In this document: one piece after another, positions 37,280 through 50,160 of the stretch
How the letters are laid out: each line of letters opens with the position of its first letter
Numbering within the stretch: position 1 is the stretch's first letter
Source: Camelus dromedarius
Lineage: Eukaryota
Assembly: GCF_036321535.1 (NCBI RefSeq)
Contig: NC_087436.1
Coordinates: 101,558,001-101,622,000, forward strand
DNA: 64,000 bases
Reading direction: 5' to 3'
Notes under the pieces: model-generated
Told to the model about the DNA's origin: nothing
Databases searched by the model: none
The model's input: the letters and a program-made list of their open reading frames with translations, nothing else
Program-made: the position numbers and the translations under genes

Positions 37280-37902
37280 TGATGCGGGAAAACGGGTGTG
37301 GGGTGTGAGGAGGGCCGTGTCCCAGCTCTCGGCTGAGCCCCTGGGACATGCCCCGCCGAGTGCGGGTCCTTGGCTTCGTGCGGGAAAGAATTCAAGAGCG
37401 AGCCACAGTTGAGTAAAGGTAGATTTATTCAGAGAGATACATTGAAAGATAAGAGAAAGGCCACGAGGTGTGGGGGTTGTGTGCTCAGATTAAAAGTAGG
37501 TACACATCCCAGAGACAGAGTGTGGGCCATCTCCGAAGAGGCAGAGGGAGGGGGCAGTGGCTGTGAAGCACCATGTTGCCAGTTTTTATGGGCTTGGTGC
37601 CTCCATATGCTAAAAAGTGGAAGGACCAGTCTAAGTAGCCTGGGGAAGGGGCTGGGATTCCTAGGAAGTTGGTCATTTCCCGCTCTTTGACCTTTTGTGG
37701 CTAGCCTTGGGACTTCCATGGTGCCTGTGGGCATGTTATTTACCATGCTAATATATTACCATGAGTGTATAATGAAGCTCAAGGTCTACTAGAAGTCAAA
37801 TCTTGAGCCTCAAGGCCTTCTGGAGGTTGAACCGTCCACCATTTTGATGTTAATTGCTGTATCATTCCTGGAATGGCTGTGACTTGCCCCCTTCCTGTCT
37901 CA
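37280..37902 (-). mobile_element. Young ERV1-class solo LTR (623 bp) with 4-bp TSD
   Basis: TG...CA termini flanked by GTGG at 37276-37279 and 37903-37906. On the minus strand, CATAAAAA (TATA-like, ~37583-37590) precedes AATAAA (37424-37429). GAAAGAATTCAAGAGCGAG...TTTATT is typical of MER4-group LTRs. Many CpGs retained. Confidence 0.9.
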
Positions 37903-38136
37903 GTGGCACAAAGCAAACTTTCGAGAAGCAGAAGGGTACCTGTATCTCAGTGCCTCCCTGTGTCTCAGGGCTGATAGCCTTTCATTTACTATGTGAAAAG
38001 AAGTGTTTTCTGTGTTCTGTGCGTTCTCTGAAAGGCAGAGAAGGACTCCGTGTTTCCTTTTTTCTGGACCACTACTTATCATCTGCTTCTAAGCAAAGAT
38101 CACTCATGCCATTTAAACTTTCCTTAAGGTGTTAAT

Positions 38137-38235
38137 AAGAAAGGAAAAAGAAAAAAAAAAAGACAAAGATGGAGAGGACAAAAGAGAAATAAGCAAAGAG
38201 AAGAGAAGGAAAGAAAGAAAAGGAAGGAAGAAGAA
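38137..38235. repeat. GA-rich polypurine tract
   Basis: Directly visible. Confidence 0.85.
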
Positions 38236-40359
38236 TGGTATGGGAAAAATGATAGGCAACAAAAATAACATTTAACATTGTTTTGTTAGCTGAACTATAG
38301 AATATAGGATGCAGTTGGAACATCAGAATTCTTTGATATGACCCTTTAACGTGAGCTGAAAAAACTGAAGAACTGTTGTGCTTGGTATCCTTGAGTTCAT
38401 TCATCAGGGTTTATTTAGTGCTAATTAAAGTCAGGCTTTGGTCTAGATGCTAGAACACAGCAGCAAATAAAAGAAAGTCCCTATTCTGGGGATCTTCTTA
38501 GCAGAAGTGAGATTCTGTTTCTGATCTCCCAGTTCCCAATTACTCTGCCTACCTCATTACACCCATGCCCTAGTGAAGGTGACCTCAGTGATGCCATGAG
38601 TCTGGTGTGTATTTTTGGAAGGAGTGGCTACATTTAGCATTTTTACATGCTAAGAATCTCTGGTCCCTCAAATTATTAATTAGAAACTTATTTTCATAAC
38701 ATGTATTCTACTGAAGGTATGACGTCCTCACTAAAAAAGAATAAATGACTTGTGGTTGGTGGATAAAAGCAGCAAAGGGATCATTCTTAGAAAGTTACAT
38801 TATTCCTTGTTTATGTGTCCAGTCTTTTAGTGTGTCAGTTGTTCTGGCAAACAAACAAGCAAGCAGCCCTTAAATATTGTTACAACACAGAAAACATGCT
38901 TAGGAAAAAATACAGGCTATATTAGAGAGGATTTTAAAAATAGTTGAAAATCTTACATATGCAAAACAGATAGAGGAGTTGCAGAAAATGCTACATTTTT
39001 ACCTGTCTCAGTTCGCATAGGTAGAGGAAAGTAAATTGCTTCGGGTTCATCAAAACATGGCAGGTGACTCAAAGATGCCCCATGTGACATCGTACAAGCT
39101 GAATACCTTGTCACTAGAAACCTCTTTTCGTTTTTAAGTGTGTCTTTGTTTGGAATCATATTGTTGAATTATCACATTTTATAGTGCATTCAGTATGCCT
39201 TTAGGTGAAAATAAACATTATTCTGCAAAAAAAGTTAATCATTTTCTGAGAAGAGATTAAAAAAAGTTCAAGAGCTTTGTAGCAGAAAAGCATTAACTGA
39301 ACAGCCGTATGTCAGGGAGGTCTACAACCTTCTCCTAGTTTTACTTTCTTTTCTTCTTTATCAGAATCTCTGCCTTTTCTTTTCCTTTTTTTCCCCCATG
39401 GGGAAACGTCTGTCTCTTTATCAAGGTCAAATTTAAATGACAGAGTATTATGAGGCTGGTCGCACCTCCACCTCTGCCTTACATTGAATCTCTTCTTTTC
39501 CTGCCATTCTGAATCCTTCACATTTACTTCCTTTATAATGTTTTAGAAAGATCAGTCCTGCAGTGTTGACTGGATTAGAGTGGTGAGATGGGGAAGCAGG
39601 AACACTGGTTAAGAATCTGATTGCATAGTCCAAGTAAGAATTAATGTAATTAATTAAAGTAATGTGGTGGAGATGAACAGAAAACAATATGACAGGTATT
39701 AGGAAATATAAAATAAAACAAAGTAAAGCACAAAACCAAAAAACTAAATACTAGCAAAAACAGAAAGACAGATGAAATAAACTAACAAAAAAACCCTTGG
39801 TTCATCAGAGTAAAGAAAAACAGTAGAATAATTTGGGTGAATATATAATTTATCATCTGAATCAGGAAACAGTTTAGGGTGAAAAGGAACACTATTGATA
39901 ATTAAATTGAACAAGAAGCTGCTAACTAGTGCAGGCTTGTGAAAACCTGTACATCTGGTCACCCCGAGGATAATGCACTCAATGCTAAATTATACATTGA
40001 AATGTATATAAATCCTAATCTTAATTAATCACTACTCATCTGGGAAAATTTTTGAAAATTAGCTAAATGATTTGAGTGTCAGTTTCATCTTGTCAGAATT
40101 GGTCTTGACGTACTGAAGAGTGGTGGGTGAAAAGGACTAAAATCCAAGCATCTAGCTATTTTTCAAAGATTGTATGAAATCAAAGAGGATAAAAGCTCTC
40201 CTTCCTCTCCCTTCCTTCCCCACCCATCCCCCAATAATAAGCAAACCAAACCTCATCCGAAAAAGCCAGGTGCTCTCCACGATCACATTGTCAACCCACA
40301 GGAAGATGTTACTCCTTGTTGACCAAACACACTCTTTAATCAAATGATTAATTTCCAAA

Positions 40360-41320
40360 GCTTCAACACCATGCTTTTACTGATGCTTTCAAAATGTGTA
40401 TCTCCAATCTCAGTCTCTCTGATGAATGGAAGACAATATATTTTATGGTCTACTCAACTCAAATCTTTGAAAACCAGTGTGTTATTTTACACTTAAAAGA
40501 TATCTCAATTTTCATCAATTGCTTGATCTATATTTGGGTTTTTTAAAATTTATAGTTCAGAAAGTAGAGTCACAAACCAAGTTGATCCAAATACAAAGAA
40601 AATTTTTCAGTGAGTTGAGTAGCAGCTTTAAATTTAAGCTTAAACTCAATAGATTAAATAAAATATAAAATTTGGTCTCTACTAAGTTCTAGAGGCTACC
40701 GCATAAGACAATGTAGGAAAAACAGGTGTCTCAAAGTTACAGATTCACAAATTGCATGTTTATCCTACCCTCAAATTTGTTTCTCTCCTAGGCTTCCTGA
40801 TTGCAGTACCTGGCACTCTCATTTACCTATGGGTTAAGGTCAAAAAACTTGAAGTCAGCCTTGACTCTAGGCTATTTCCAACCCTCACATCCAGTGTCTA
40901 GGAAATTGTGATACACATATAAAAAAAACTGACCACCATTCACCACCTCTGCTGTTAAAGCCCAAATCTTTATTGATTCTTCTTCTTTCACTTTTAGTGC
41001 CTTTTATGCTATTTTCCAGGCTATTAGTCAAACTAATCCTTTTAATCTGAATGTGCCACTTACTTGCTCAGAGTTCCTCAAAATTTTTTCATCACCCGTA
41101 AAAAATATACTGAAATCCAAAGTCTGACGCAATCTGGTCGTTGCCCACTCTGTTAGCTCGTCAGCCATCTGCAGATCATCCAAGGTGTTTTCTTAGTTGT
41201 TCCCTGAACACAGGAAGCACATCCTGCATCAAGGCTTTATCTTTGCAGACCCCCTTGAAGTTCTTTCTCATCTAGTTGCATGGCTAACTCCCTCATCTTC
41301 TCACTGAGGCTCTCCTATTT
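40360..41320 (+). mobile_element. L2a-like element, interrupted; continues at 41936-42030 and ~42270-42395
   Basis: TATCTCCAATCTCAGTCTCTC, GAAGTCAGCCTTGACTC, CCCTCACATCCA, TTCACCACCTCTGCTG, GCTGTTCC-like/CCCTGAACAC, TGCATGGCTAACTCCCTCA; tail CCTAGAAAAATGCCTGGC...ATGAAT. Confidence 0.75.
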
Positions 41321-41935
41321 TTTATTTTGTTTTATTTTAATTGAAGTATAGTCAGTTACAATGTGTCAATTTCTGGTGTACAACATCACATCCCAGTTAT
41401 GCATACATATGTATATTCATTTTCATATTCTTTTTTCACTAAAGGTTATTACAAGATATTGAATATAGTTCCCTGTGCTATACAGAAGAAATTTGTTTTT
41501 TTCAATCTATTTTTATATATCGTGGTTAACATTTGCAAATCTCAGTCTCCCAAATTTATCCCTTCCCACCCCCATCCCTTGGTAACCATAAGATTATTTA
41601 CTATGTGGGAGTCTGTTTCTGTTTTGTAGATGAGTTCATTAGTGTCCTCTTTTTTTCTTTTTCTTTTTTTTTTTTTAAGATTACACATATGAGTGATATC
41701 ATATGGTATTTTTCTTTCTCTTTCTGGCTTATTTCATTTAGAATGGCAATCTCCAGGTTCTTCCATGTTGCTGCAGATGGCATTATTTTATTCTTTTTTC
41801 ACCACTGAGTAGTATTCCATTATATAAATATACCACAACTTCTTTATCCAGTCATCTGTTGATGGACACTTAGGTTGCTTCCATGTCTTGACTATTGTAT
41901 ATGGTGATGCTGTGAACATTGGGGTGCATGTATCG
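41321..41935 (-). mobile_element. L1 3' fragment inserted into L2a, with probable 8-bp TSD
   Basis: ORF 41601..41783 MPSAATWKNLEIAILNEISQKEKEKYHMISLIC; T-rich tail at left; TCCTATTT (41313-41320) / TCCTCTTT (41936-41943). Confidence 0.93.
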
Positions 41936-42034
41936 TCCTCTTTAAATAAAAACCCTCTCCCATTTCATACATCCATTCTATTTTCTCCTAACAAGCTGCA
42001 CTCTCATTTTTTTCAGAACTCTTATTACATGGAG

Positions 42035-42262
42035 AGCTATCACGGCATAGCAGTTGAGAGAATAGATTTTGGAGCCCTATTTCCTGGGCTTTAGTTTTTA
42101 GTAGCTATGTGACCTTGAGCTATTTTACCTTACCACTCTGTGCTCTGGTTTCTACAACCCTAAACATGCGGATAATAATAGTACCTTGATAGTGATAATG
42201 TTACTTTATCTAAAGGACTTAGAACAGTGCCTGACACATAGAAAATACCCAATGTTTGGTTA
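42035..42262 (+). mobile_element. MIR
   Basis: AGATTTTGGAGCC...TAGCTATGTGACCTTGAGC...GGATAATAATAGTACCT...ACTTAGAACAGTGCCTGACACATAG. Confidence 0.85.
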
Positions 42263-43384
42263 TATATGTATTTGTTATTATTTATTTCTCCCATTAGAGT
42301 GAAAGAAGGGAGAACTTGTCAGTTTATTTACGTCAGTCTTCCTAGATCCTAGAAAAATGCCTGGCCTATATTCTTGTTAAATTAATACATGAATAGAAAG
42401 ACCAGGGTTAAAAATATATATACACAGAGACATAAGAAGACATCAACAAATAATTATAATTAAATAAGATAATGCCCAGAGGAAATACATTAATAGGAGA
42501 ATTGGGAGGAGAGGATTAAAAAGAAAATCTATCTGTACTGTTTTGAATTAAATTGCTATTTTAGTTTCCCTCTTTTTTTTTTTTAGCTCATTTCTGCATC
42601 CATCTCTTCATTTAATATTTTACATGGGTAAGGCTAACTTGCCTTGGCTTATCAACAGGGCAAATCAAGTGACATCCAAGATGCTCGGTTTGAAAGCAAG
42701 CCATGTAATGCAGTTCAGAGAGGACCATGTCAATAAGTAGGAACCTGGATTCATTTCTTGACTATACCACCACCAGGTATTGACAATGCTTTATGTCTCT
42801 CATCCTTAGTTTTCTCATGACAGAATTGGTTTAAGTAGTTACTGTTAACCTTCTAGCTTTCTTATATGTTGCATTTTTGTGATATACTCTGACTTTCCTC
42901 TAAATGTTTTCTCTCTACCTTTGTCTTCTCTCTGTCCTCAACTGGCACCAGTAAAGGAATCCAAGTAATGTTAATATCATGGTAAATAGAGCATAATTTC
43001 AAAGATTAAACATAAGGCAAAAAATTATATGCTATACATGTGTACTCACTGATAGCTGAATTTTATGCTATTTGGATTAGCATGGGTAATAATTTCTTAT
43101 CTTGTCCAACAGTAATATGAATTGCTGTTAATTGACAGGATAAAGCACATGAAAATGAAGCAGTAAAAGTAAGTGAAATAGAGAAAAGAAGGGTACCAGA
43201 TAAAATTACAAACAGGCATAACAAGGGCAAGCAGACTTTATAACCATCATCATTTATATATTTCCTATGGCTTCAAACTCTTTCTGATTTTACAAATTAA
43301 CCAAAACTGCTTCCTGGTGGAATAAGAGAATGGAGAAAAGCAACAAACATGTGTAATCCTGAATCTGATTTCCAAGTGGGCATC

Positions 43385-43800
43385 TGACTCAGTGAGGATG
43401 TGTTGCCTTCGAGTTGCAGAATATCTGAATAATTTTGGCTTCAATTGTAGGCACTTGTATGCTTTCCTTTAATAGAAATTCTAGAAGTAGGGAATACCGT
43501 AAAGGGTGCTCCAGTGATGGAATGATAGAATCCTTTCCAAGCATTCTGCTGAGTATCCTGGCTGCTCCTCCATTCATCAGATGGCGCTGGAGTTTCAGTA
43601 TCACATCCTCAGTCAACAACATCTGAAAGCAGCAAGGAAGAAGTGTGTGGAGGAGAACTTTCTTACTACCCTCCCTTTTCATCAGGAAGGAATAATGTTC
43701 CCTGAAACACCAAGTATTTTCTCTTACAGTCTCTTCGAAGCCAATCCCTAGCAAACTAAGCACATTGGACTGAATATGGGTCATTTTCTGAGTTTAAGGA
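43385..43800 (-). mobile_element. Old MaLR LTR (MLT1K/L-like)
   Basis: TCAGTGAGGATG...GTTGCAGAA...GGCTTCAA...GAAATTCTAGAAGTAGG...AGATGGCGCTG...TCACATCC. Confidence 0.45.
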
Positions 43801-44619
43801 GTCATCTAAAAACACTGCTTATCTATCCTTATTACAATTCATTTGTGTTTTTTAGCAGACAAGTAAGAGTGAAAGGCAAGCTGTTGGGATCAAACAGTTT
43901 TTGTTTGTTCATCGTTGTTCTTGCTTTTCACACATCCTTTAAGAAGTAGTCGTTCTAAACAAGGTCTATATTATTTCTGGCATTGTGGAAGACTGTGCCA
44001 TTTCTTCACCTTTTATTTTAATCTGACTTGCCCCCCAAGCTAAATGCCCCCACCCCCTTCCCAGAAGCCGGAGGTAAAAAGATGGAGCCCTTCTTTGGAA
44101 TGGTTTTGCTGTAGGTTTTTGTATAAGTAAAGCTGATAAACACACATGGAAACATTTCTGGACCTACTATGTGGTGGTGCACTTAATGCTTTTTAGATTT
44201 TTAAGTATCGTAACTGCTGACTTCCATTGATCTGCACAAAATGAAAAATAGAAACAAGTATGTACACATCACTCATAAACTCTTTACCCACAGTTGAATC
44301 AGTCATTTCCTTGTGAAGGTGTTTTGGGAAAAGAGGGTTACCAATAAAGCAAAGTCCCTAATGGGAAGGTTTCAACCAACAAAACAACAAAACAAGTGTT
44401 AGATATGACACTGTCTTTTTAAGAAGGAGCACTTAATGTTGGCCAGTATATGTTTTTTGTTTGTTAGTGTGTGAGTGTGTATGTGTCTGCGTGTGTGTGC
44501 ATGGACTAAATTATTGAATATCAGGGCTGTTGTCAATTCTTAGAATTATTTGTATTATTAGGAATAAAGAAGTATTCTATAAGGGTAAAGCATTTTCCAT
44601 AAATTTTTTTTTGTCTTTT

Positions 44620-44880
44620 ATTATAGTATTTTAATAATTTGTCAGAAAACTATATACCTATATATTTTATTAATTATATAATTTATTATAATTTCATAAA
44701 CAGTGACTATATGATTTATTACAATAATATTTATATGTAATAATTTATTAGAACATTTTAAAGTGCTCAAATGTTTTACTATCTTGATATATAATATAGA
44801 TAAATATGGAAAATTATCATTTAATATGTTAAAAATCAAATAAGGATAAAAATAAATTCTTATATGCTAAGTAGTATACA
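44620..44880. repeat. Extremely AT-rich low-complexity tract
   Basis: Directly visible. Confidence 0.75.
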
Positions 44881-45692
44881 AATTTCATGTTGTCATGGTA
44901 ACCCAAAATATCAGAGATATTGGAGTATCTTACAGAATGGCATTTTTTAATACATTCTTCTTAGAATTTTTGCCTCATGTAGTGGTATTTTATGCATTTA
45001 ACTACAATTTTATTCATGTCTTATTATCTGATGAGTAATATAAATGACTGTCGATGAAACAAATATGTTATTGTAGGAAATGTATTTTTAAAAGACATGA
45101 AATCAAAGTGAATATTGTACAAGTATCATAAATGCAGACTTCATTCTCATCACACATTAATTAAAATATTATTATTAAAATCTGTCAGTACGATTTTCAA
45201 ACAGAACAACGTATATTCAGCTCTTAAAATCATCTTTATATGGATGTGCTGTGTTATTGTGGAATTTCAAGTTAAGTGACCATTTCTTCCTCTTTTTGCT
45301 GTTGTCAATCAGGCGCATATTTAAAACATAGAGCTTACACAGTCATTGCAAGAGGTTTTCAAATGAAGAGGCTATTTGAACTAAAACAAACAAAGAAAAA
45401 TAATTATCATGGACATCCTTTGAAAGCAGAATCTAAATAGCCAAAACAAATGCCAAGTAAATGCAGGGCATTCTTTTTATTACTATTTTTTTTTTCTGTC
45501 TCATTAGTGCTATGTTTCCTCTGATAGCAAAATTCCTTTTAAAACTGCTATATAATTTTAGTTTTATTGAAAATTCTCCAGTTGATTCTAGATACATGAG
45601 ATTTTAAATCAACCTATCTGAGACAGGCCTTTGGACATATCTGCCTCTCAAGGTCTTGAGGGTTTTTACGACTGCCAAGGCGACGAAGGCTG

Positions 45693-45705
45693 AGGTCACT
45701 GACCT
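45693..45705. promoter_or_regulatory. Perfect IR1 nuclear-receptor element AGGTCA-C-TGACCT (FXR/RXR consensus)
   Basis: Exact match to AGGTCAnTGACCT in apparently non-repetitive DNA with flanking NR5A-like half-sites. Function untested. Confidence 0.5.
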
Positions 45706-46544
45706 GGATGAGCACATCAGTGATCTGCTATATGACAGTCTGATTTGAACTTGTTTGGGATATTGAGATTGAATGCTATTGCATCTACGTGAATGAAATT
45801 TTATTAACTTTTATTCTCTATCCCCCATATTCACAAACAAATAACAGGGGAAGTAATAAATCAGTGGTTATAGATTATCTCATTATATTTCATTAATGGA
45901 TTTCACAAAAACACATAATTCCGATACTCACCACAATCAAGTCTTGATAAATGCTCTATCCTTGGTCACACGTTGGGGAAAAAAAATACCGAATTATTGT
46001 GAGAGAAGTCCTTAGTATTTATGAATACTAGCTTTACAACTGGTAGTCTTCATACCAGTGTTTGCATTTTAGTGTCAGTTTAGCAGTTGTACGTTCTTAG
46101 GTAATGTCCTAGGATTTAAATTTCCTAATGTCCAAAATGACTAGTTTTTTGGCTTCAATGACGAAACATATGCTGATGCATCTCTTGTCTTTATCTCCAA
46201 ATTAGAGAGTCTTTGCATCCATCTTAATTTAATGTTGTTAAAATAAATAGCAGAGTGAGTTTTTAGATTTACCAAGTTCCCTATGACTCATAGGTTACTA
46301 TGTTAGTGGGTCATTTTAGGATAAAGGATAAGAGACTTTGTTTCACCGGGGTTTTCTCCATTCTAAAGAATGTGTTATTAACCCTTTAAAATAATAGAAA
46401 AATTTTAGTCTTTTCTCTTTAGAGCCTGAACTGAATGTAGATGTTAAGAAATAAATTGTGATAACAACAGAAGTTATACATAGAAAAGTAAAGAAAATGA
46501 TCACTTTTAAGTCTTAATTTTAATGACTTTGATAATGATAATAA

Positions 46545-46765
46545 CATAAAACTATTGTATAAAAGTCTAGATGTGCATCTAATGATTTTATATATTTTAT
46601 CCTTTTAAGCCTCCCTGATAATTCCATGAGGTAGGTATCATTATTAACCCAATTTTACAATCAAGGAAACACACATTAAGAATTTAAGCCACTTGTCCAA
46701 GATCACAGTACTTACAAATGACAAACTTGGTATTAAAGCCAAAGGAGCCCTGGCTTTTCACACCA
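46545..46765 (-). mobile_element. MIR
   Basis: ATGAGGTAGGTATCATTATTAACCCAATTTTACA...GGAAAC...ACTTGTCCAAGATCACAG. Confidence 0.8.
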
Positions 46766-48734
46766 GGTTGATACTTCTTTCTCTTAAATTTCAGTCTTCT
46801 TTAGGTGTCCAAACATGGCAACTCTCTCCCTGTTTCTTCTTAGTCTATACATTGCTTTTATCCTGCTACCTTTTGGATATACATGAACCAGAGTTTAGTT
46901 CTAAGATCTTATATTCTCACCTTGTACCTAGTTAACTTGTTAATGCAACTAGAGTAATGTACTTCACAAGGGAGCAATCTTTTGGAGATTAAGACATTTT
47001 TACTCCATATTAGTCAATGGCTGCTGGAGACATCTTGCCAATGGTATCAAATCTTAAATGCGACTGAGCTCTGCAGTCATCAGAGAAGGCAATGCAGGCC
47101 GACTCCCAAGCTTTCATGCTGTTGGGTGTAAGCCTCCTGGGAACCACGCGATAGCTCTGCCCTGTTTGCCGTCAAGTAGAATCTCGTACAAATCAAACCC
47201 TTCTTGCGCTTCATCCAAGAGAATTTGCAAAGACTTGTATACAAAATTCTTCCCTTTAATGTATCATGCTTGTAAATATCTTGGGACCATGCCTGATGGC
47301 AAGCTGTTTCCCAAGGCAGGGCAAACTTCTTCTATGAGGGAAATTTATTTTTCAAAAACAGCATAAAGCAATAAAAAAAGTTCAACTTATATCACCTTTA
47401 ACAAACAGAACTACAGAGGACTTAACTTTCTTCCTAAATGTTTTCTTTGATGAATGTGGTTAAATTGTATGCCACGTCTCTAAGGACCAAAAAGATGAGT
47501 TTTCATTCTTTGATTTACTAAGGCCTGTCATCCACCTCTACTCTCCAAAACACACTCCACTTTCCCCGTCATAGTACAGTAGGGAGGAAAGGTCTGGATC
47601 TAGAAACAACAGAACATGGAGTAATAGTCTTATTTCAAAAAAGACCGGTAATCTCTTAGGCTCCCACATATGGATATGTGTAATGCAGTCCTTCTTATAT
47701 ACGTAATGTGTTTTGAAAATAAGATACCACATGGATAGTTCACACATGAAAAGAGGAAGTCCTCTATAAAAGTTTATAAATATATATAATGGATATTTTG
47801 TGTGTTTGCTTGTGGGTGTGTGGATGTGAAAGTAAGTAAATGTATTCATATATACACATATATATGTACTCAGTGCTGTTCCAGGAAGTAGATTATTACC
47901 TACATTTTTGAGACATATTGTAGGTGCAAATACACTAATAAACATTTTTCAAAGACATTAATCCATGCATAAAGTCTATCAGTTATCCGCTTACTTTCCC
48001 ATTTATATTATAGAGGGCCACCACATGGTGTTAGATATGAATGCAATATGGTCCATTTCGTCAGGCCCCAGACACAGGGGTCTTATTTCCATTGCTAAAT
48101 ACTCCCAGCGAGCTGGTAACCTTTTCAGAAAGTTGCATTGTCATCATAATTGTCAACCACAAACAAATATTAAGAACTTCTTCATCGTGCATTGCTAATT
48201 TCAGAATAATTAGTGGAAGGGTTTTGTGACTTAAATAAGCAAAGTCCATGATCGCTCTGGTTTCATAGATGCAGTTATATAGAGCAGCCTTAGGAAACAG
48301 AGATAGGAAATGTTAATTGAAAATGAATATTTGGATAAGTTCTAGAACAAAAGAAAACAGACACCCAGGAAGCTATTCATATAGCTACACTTCAGAAAAG
48401 AATGCCATAGAGATTTGAAAGATTTGGAAAAAATTGGTAAAGTGAGCTGGGAATTAGTCATATATTTTAAAAGGAGGAAGGGACGTTGATTTGGAATTGG
48501 ACAAAACATCTACCTTCTTTATGTGACTTAAGGACTTTTCAAGCATTGCTTCTTCCATGATTTGATGAAGCTAACAACAACCACAATACCAGTTTTCAGT
48601 AGTTCCCGTTAATCCACTCAAGAACTTCATTCTAACTCAACTATCCGCACATGTGAGTTTTAAGATGTTATTAGCTTGTACTCAGCAGCCATCACCCATA
48701 ACTAAATAATTCTACAACTATTAGATGTCACAAT

Positions 48735-49005
48735 TTACAAAATATATTCACTCTTACATTTGAACCTCAGTATAACGTGAGTTAAGGAGGACATGGTATG
48801 TTTTTTTCAATTTTGCAGATGAGAAAAATGAGCCTTACATCTTGAATCAGACATACTTGATTTCAAATTCTGGCTTTATAACTTACCAGCAGTATGAATT
48901 TCCATGCATTCTTCAGTATTTTTTTTAATAAAATGTTTTGAATAGTTAAATAGGGGAGGTAAAGCTGTTAATACAATCCAACAGATTAAGAAATGATAGT
49001 TATTT
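48735..49005. mobile_element. Two abutting MIR fragments in opposite orientation
   Basis: Antisense TTTTGCAGATGAGAAAAATGAG (~48810-48835), then sense GAATCAGAC...TTCAAATTCTGGCTTT...ACTTACCAGC. Confidence 0.6.
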
Positions 49006-50160
49006 TATTTTAAATTTAAAGCTAACATTTTCTCACTCTATCAAGTTGAATGCTAAATCTCAATTATTCAGGTATTTTAGAATTTTTGTATATTAGACAG
49101 GGTATTCATAAATATTCATGCAATTTAACTTTTAAACCCTGAGCCATATGTTTTGGCACATACTCTATTCCCTATGTAATGACAAAGATATGCCAGCCCT
49201 ACTCATTAAATGGAGTTAGGTAAGGCAGAAAGGAGAAATGGCACTGATAAATAATTCCATGTAATTTCTGTGAACCACAGATGTTTAAGTTGAGCTAGTT
49301 AATAATTTCATAATTCATAATAGATTAATTTATTGTGGGTTGCCACCTCCAGCTGTTTTATAAATTAAAGCTTTAAAATTGTATATAATAAATCATTTTC
49401 ATTTTCTAAAAATATGTAAAAAATTTCACTGTCATATCAACCTATATTGCAAGTCCACAAAGGAAGCTTTTTTGAACTCTTAACTCCCATAATACAGTAA
49501 GAGATTATATATCGAAATATAGACAACCTTTCAAAACATTTGTACATCATTATTAGATAATAAGTTTAAGGCAGGTGTCATCTTTTCCTCTTTATCAATC
49601 TGATCAAGTTTGTCCAGATACTGGTCAAGAGAAGAATCTGAGTCTATAATTTTATTCCAGCCTCCTGCCCCTGCCAAAGTTTTAGTTTATTTTCTTTAGA
49701 GACCTCTATTGGAGGTACATATTTCTTGTTAACAACCTTCTTTCTTCTCTCTGTATATTCTCTTCTCTCACATTTTATGATTACAGTTTTCATAGTATCT
49801 TTAAAAAAATATGAGCAGATTATTCAGAATGAATTTGTAATCAAGTAAGTTAATTATTCATATTTGACCCTGGCTAGAAGCAAATCTAAAAACTAGAAAT
49901 GCTGTTAAATAATTGACTTCCTGTCTTGTTTTAAGTGATTTGTTCAAAGCGTGATTGTTAATTTTGTTGGAAGTTTCAATTTAATCTCCTTTAAGATAGT
50001 ATGCGGTTATTTTAGTAGTTTCTTGTCTCCCCATCATCAGTTTTTTAAGCTATTTTCTAAACATATGGTTGACGAACTTCACCTATCTGTTTATCCAACT
50101 ATCTGTCCCTTCTCTTCCTCAGGACTTACCTCATCCTTCATCTCCACCCTTCTCCTCATT

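Noticed and set aside
27801..39429. Isolated TCAAGGTCA (ERR/SF-1) sites at 27801 and 39421
   Set aside because: A 9-mer occurs at about this frequency by chance; no supporting cluster.
45706..45743. C/D-box snoRNA (GGATGA...CTGA)
   Set aside because: Only ~38 nt, imperfect C box, no terminal stem.
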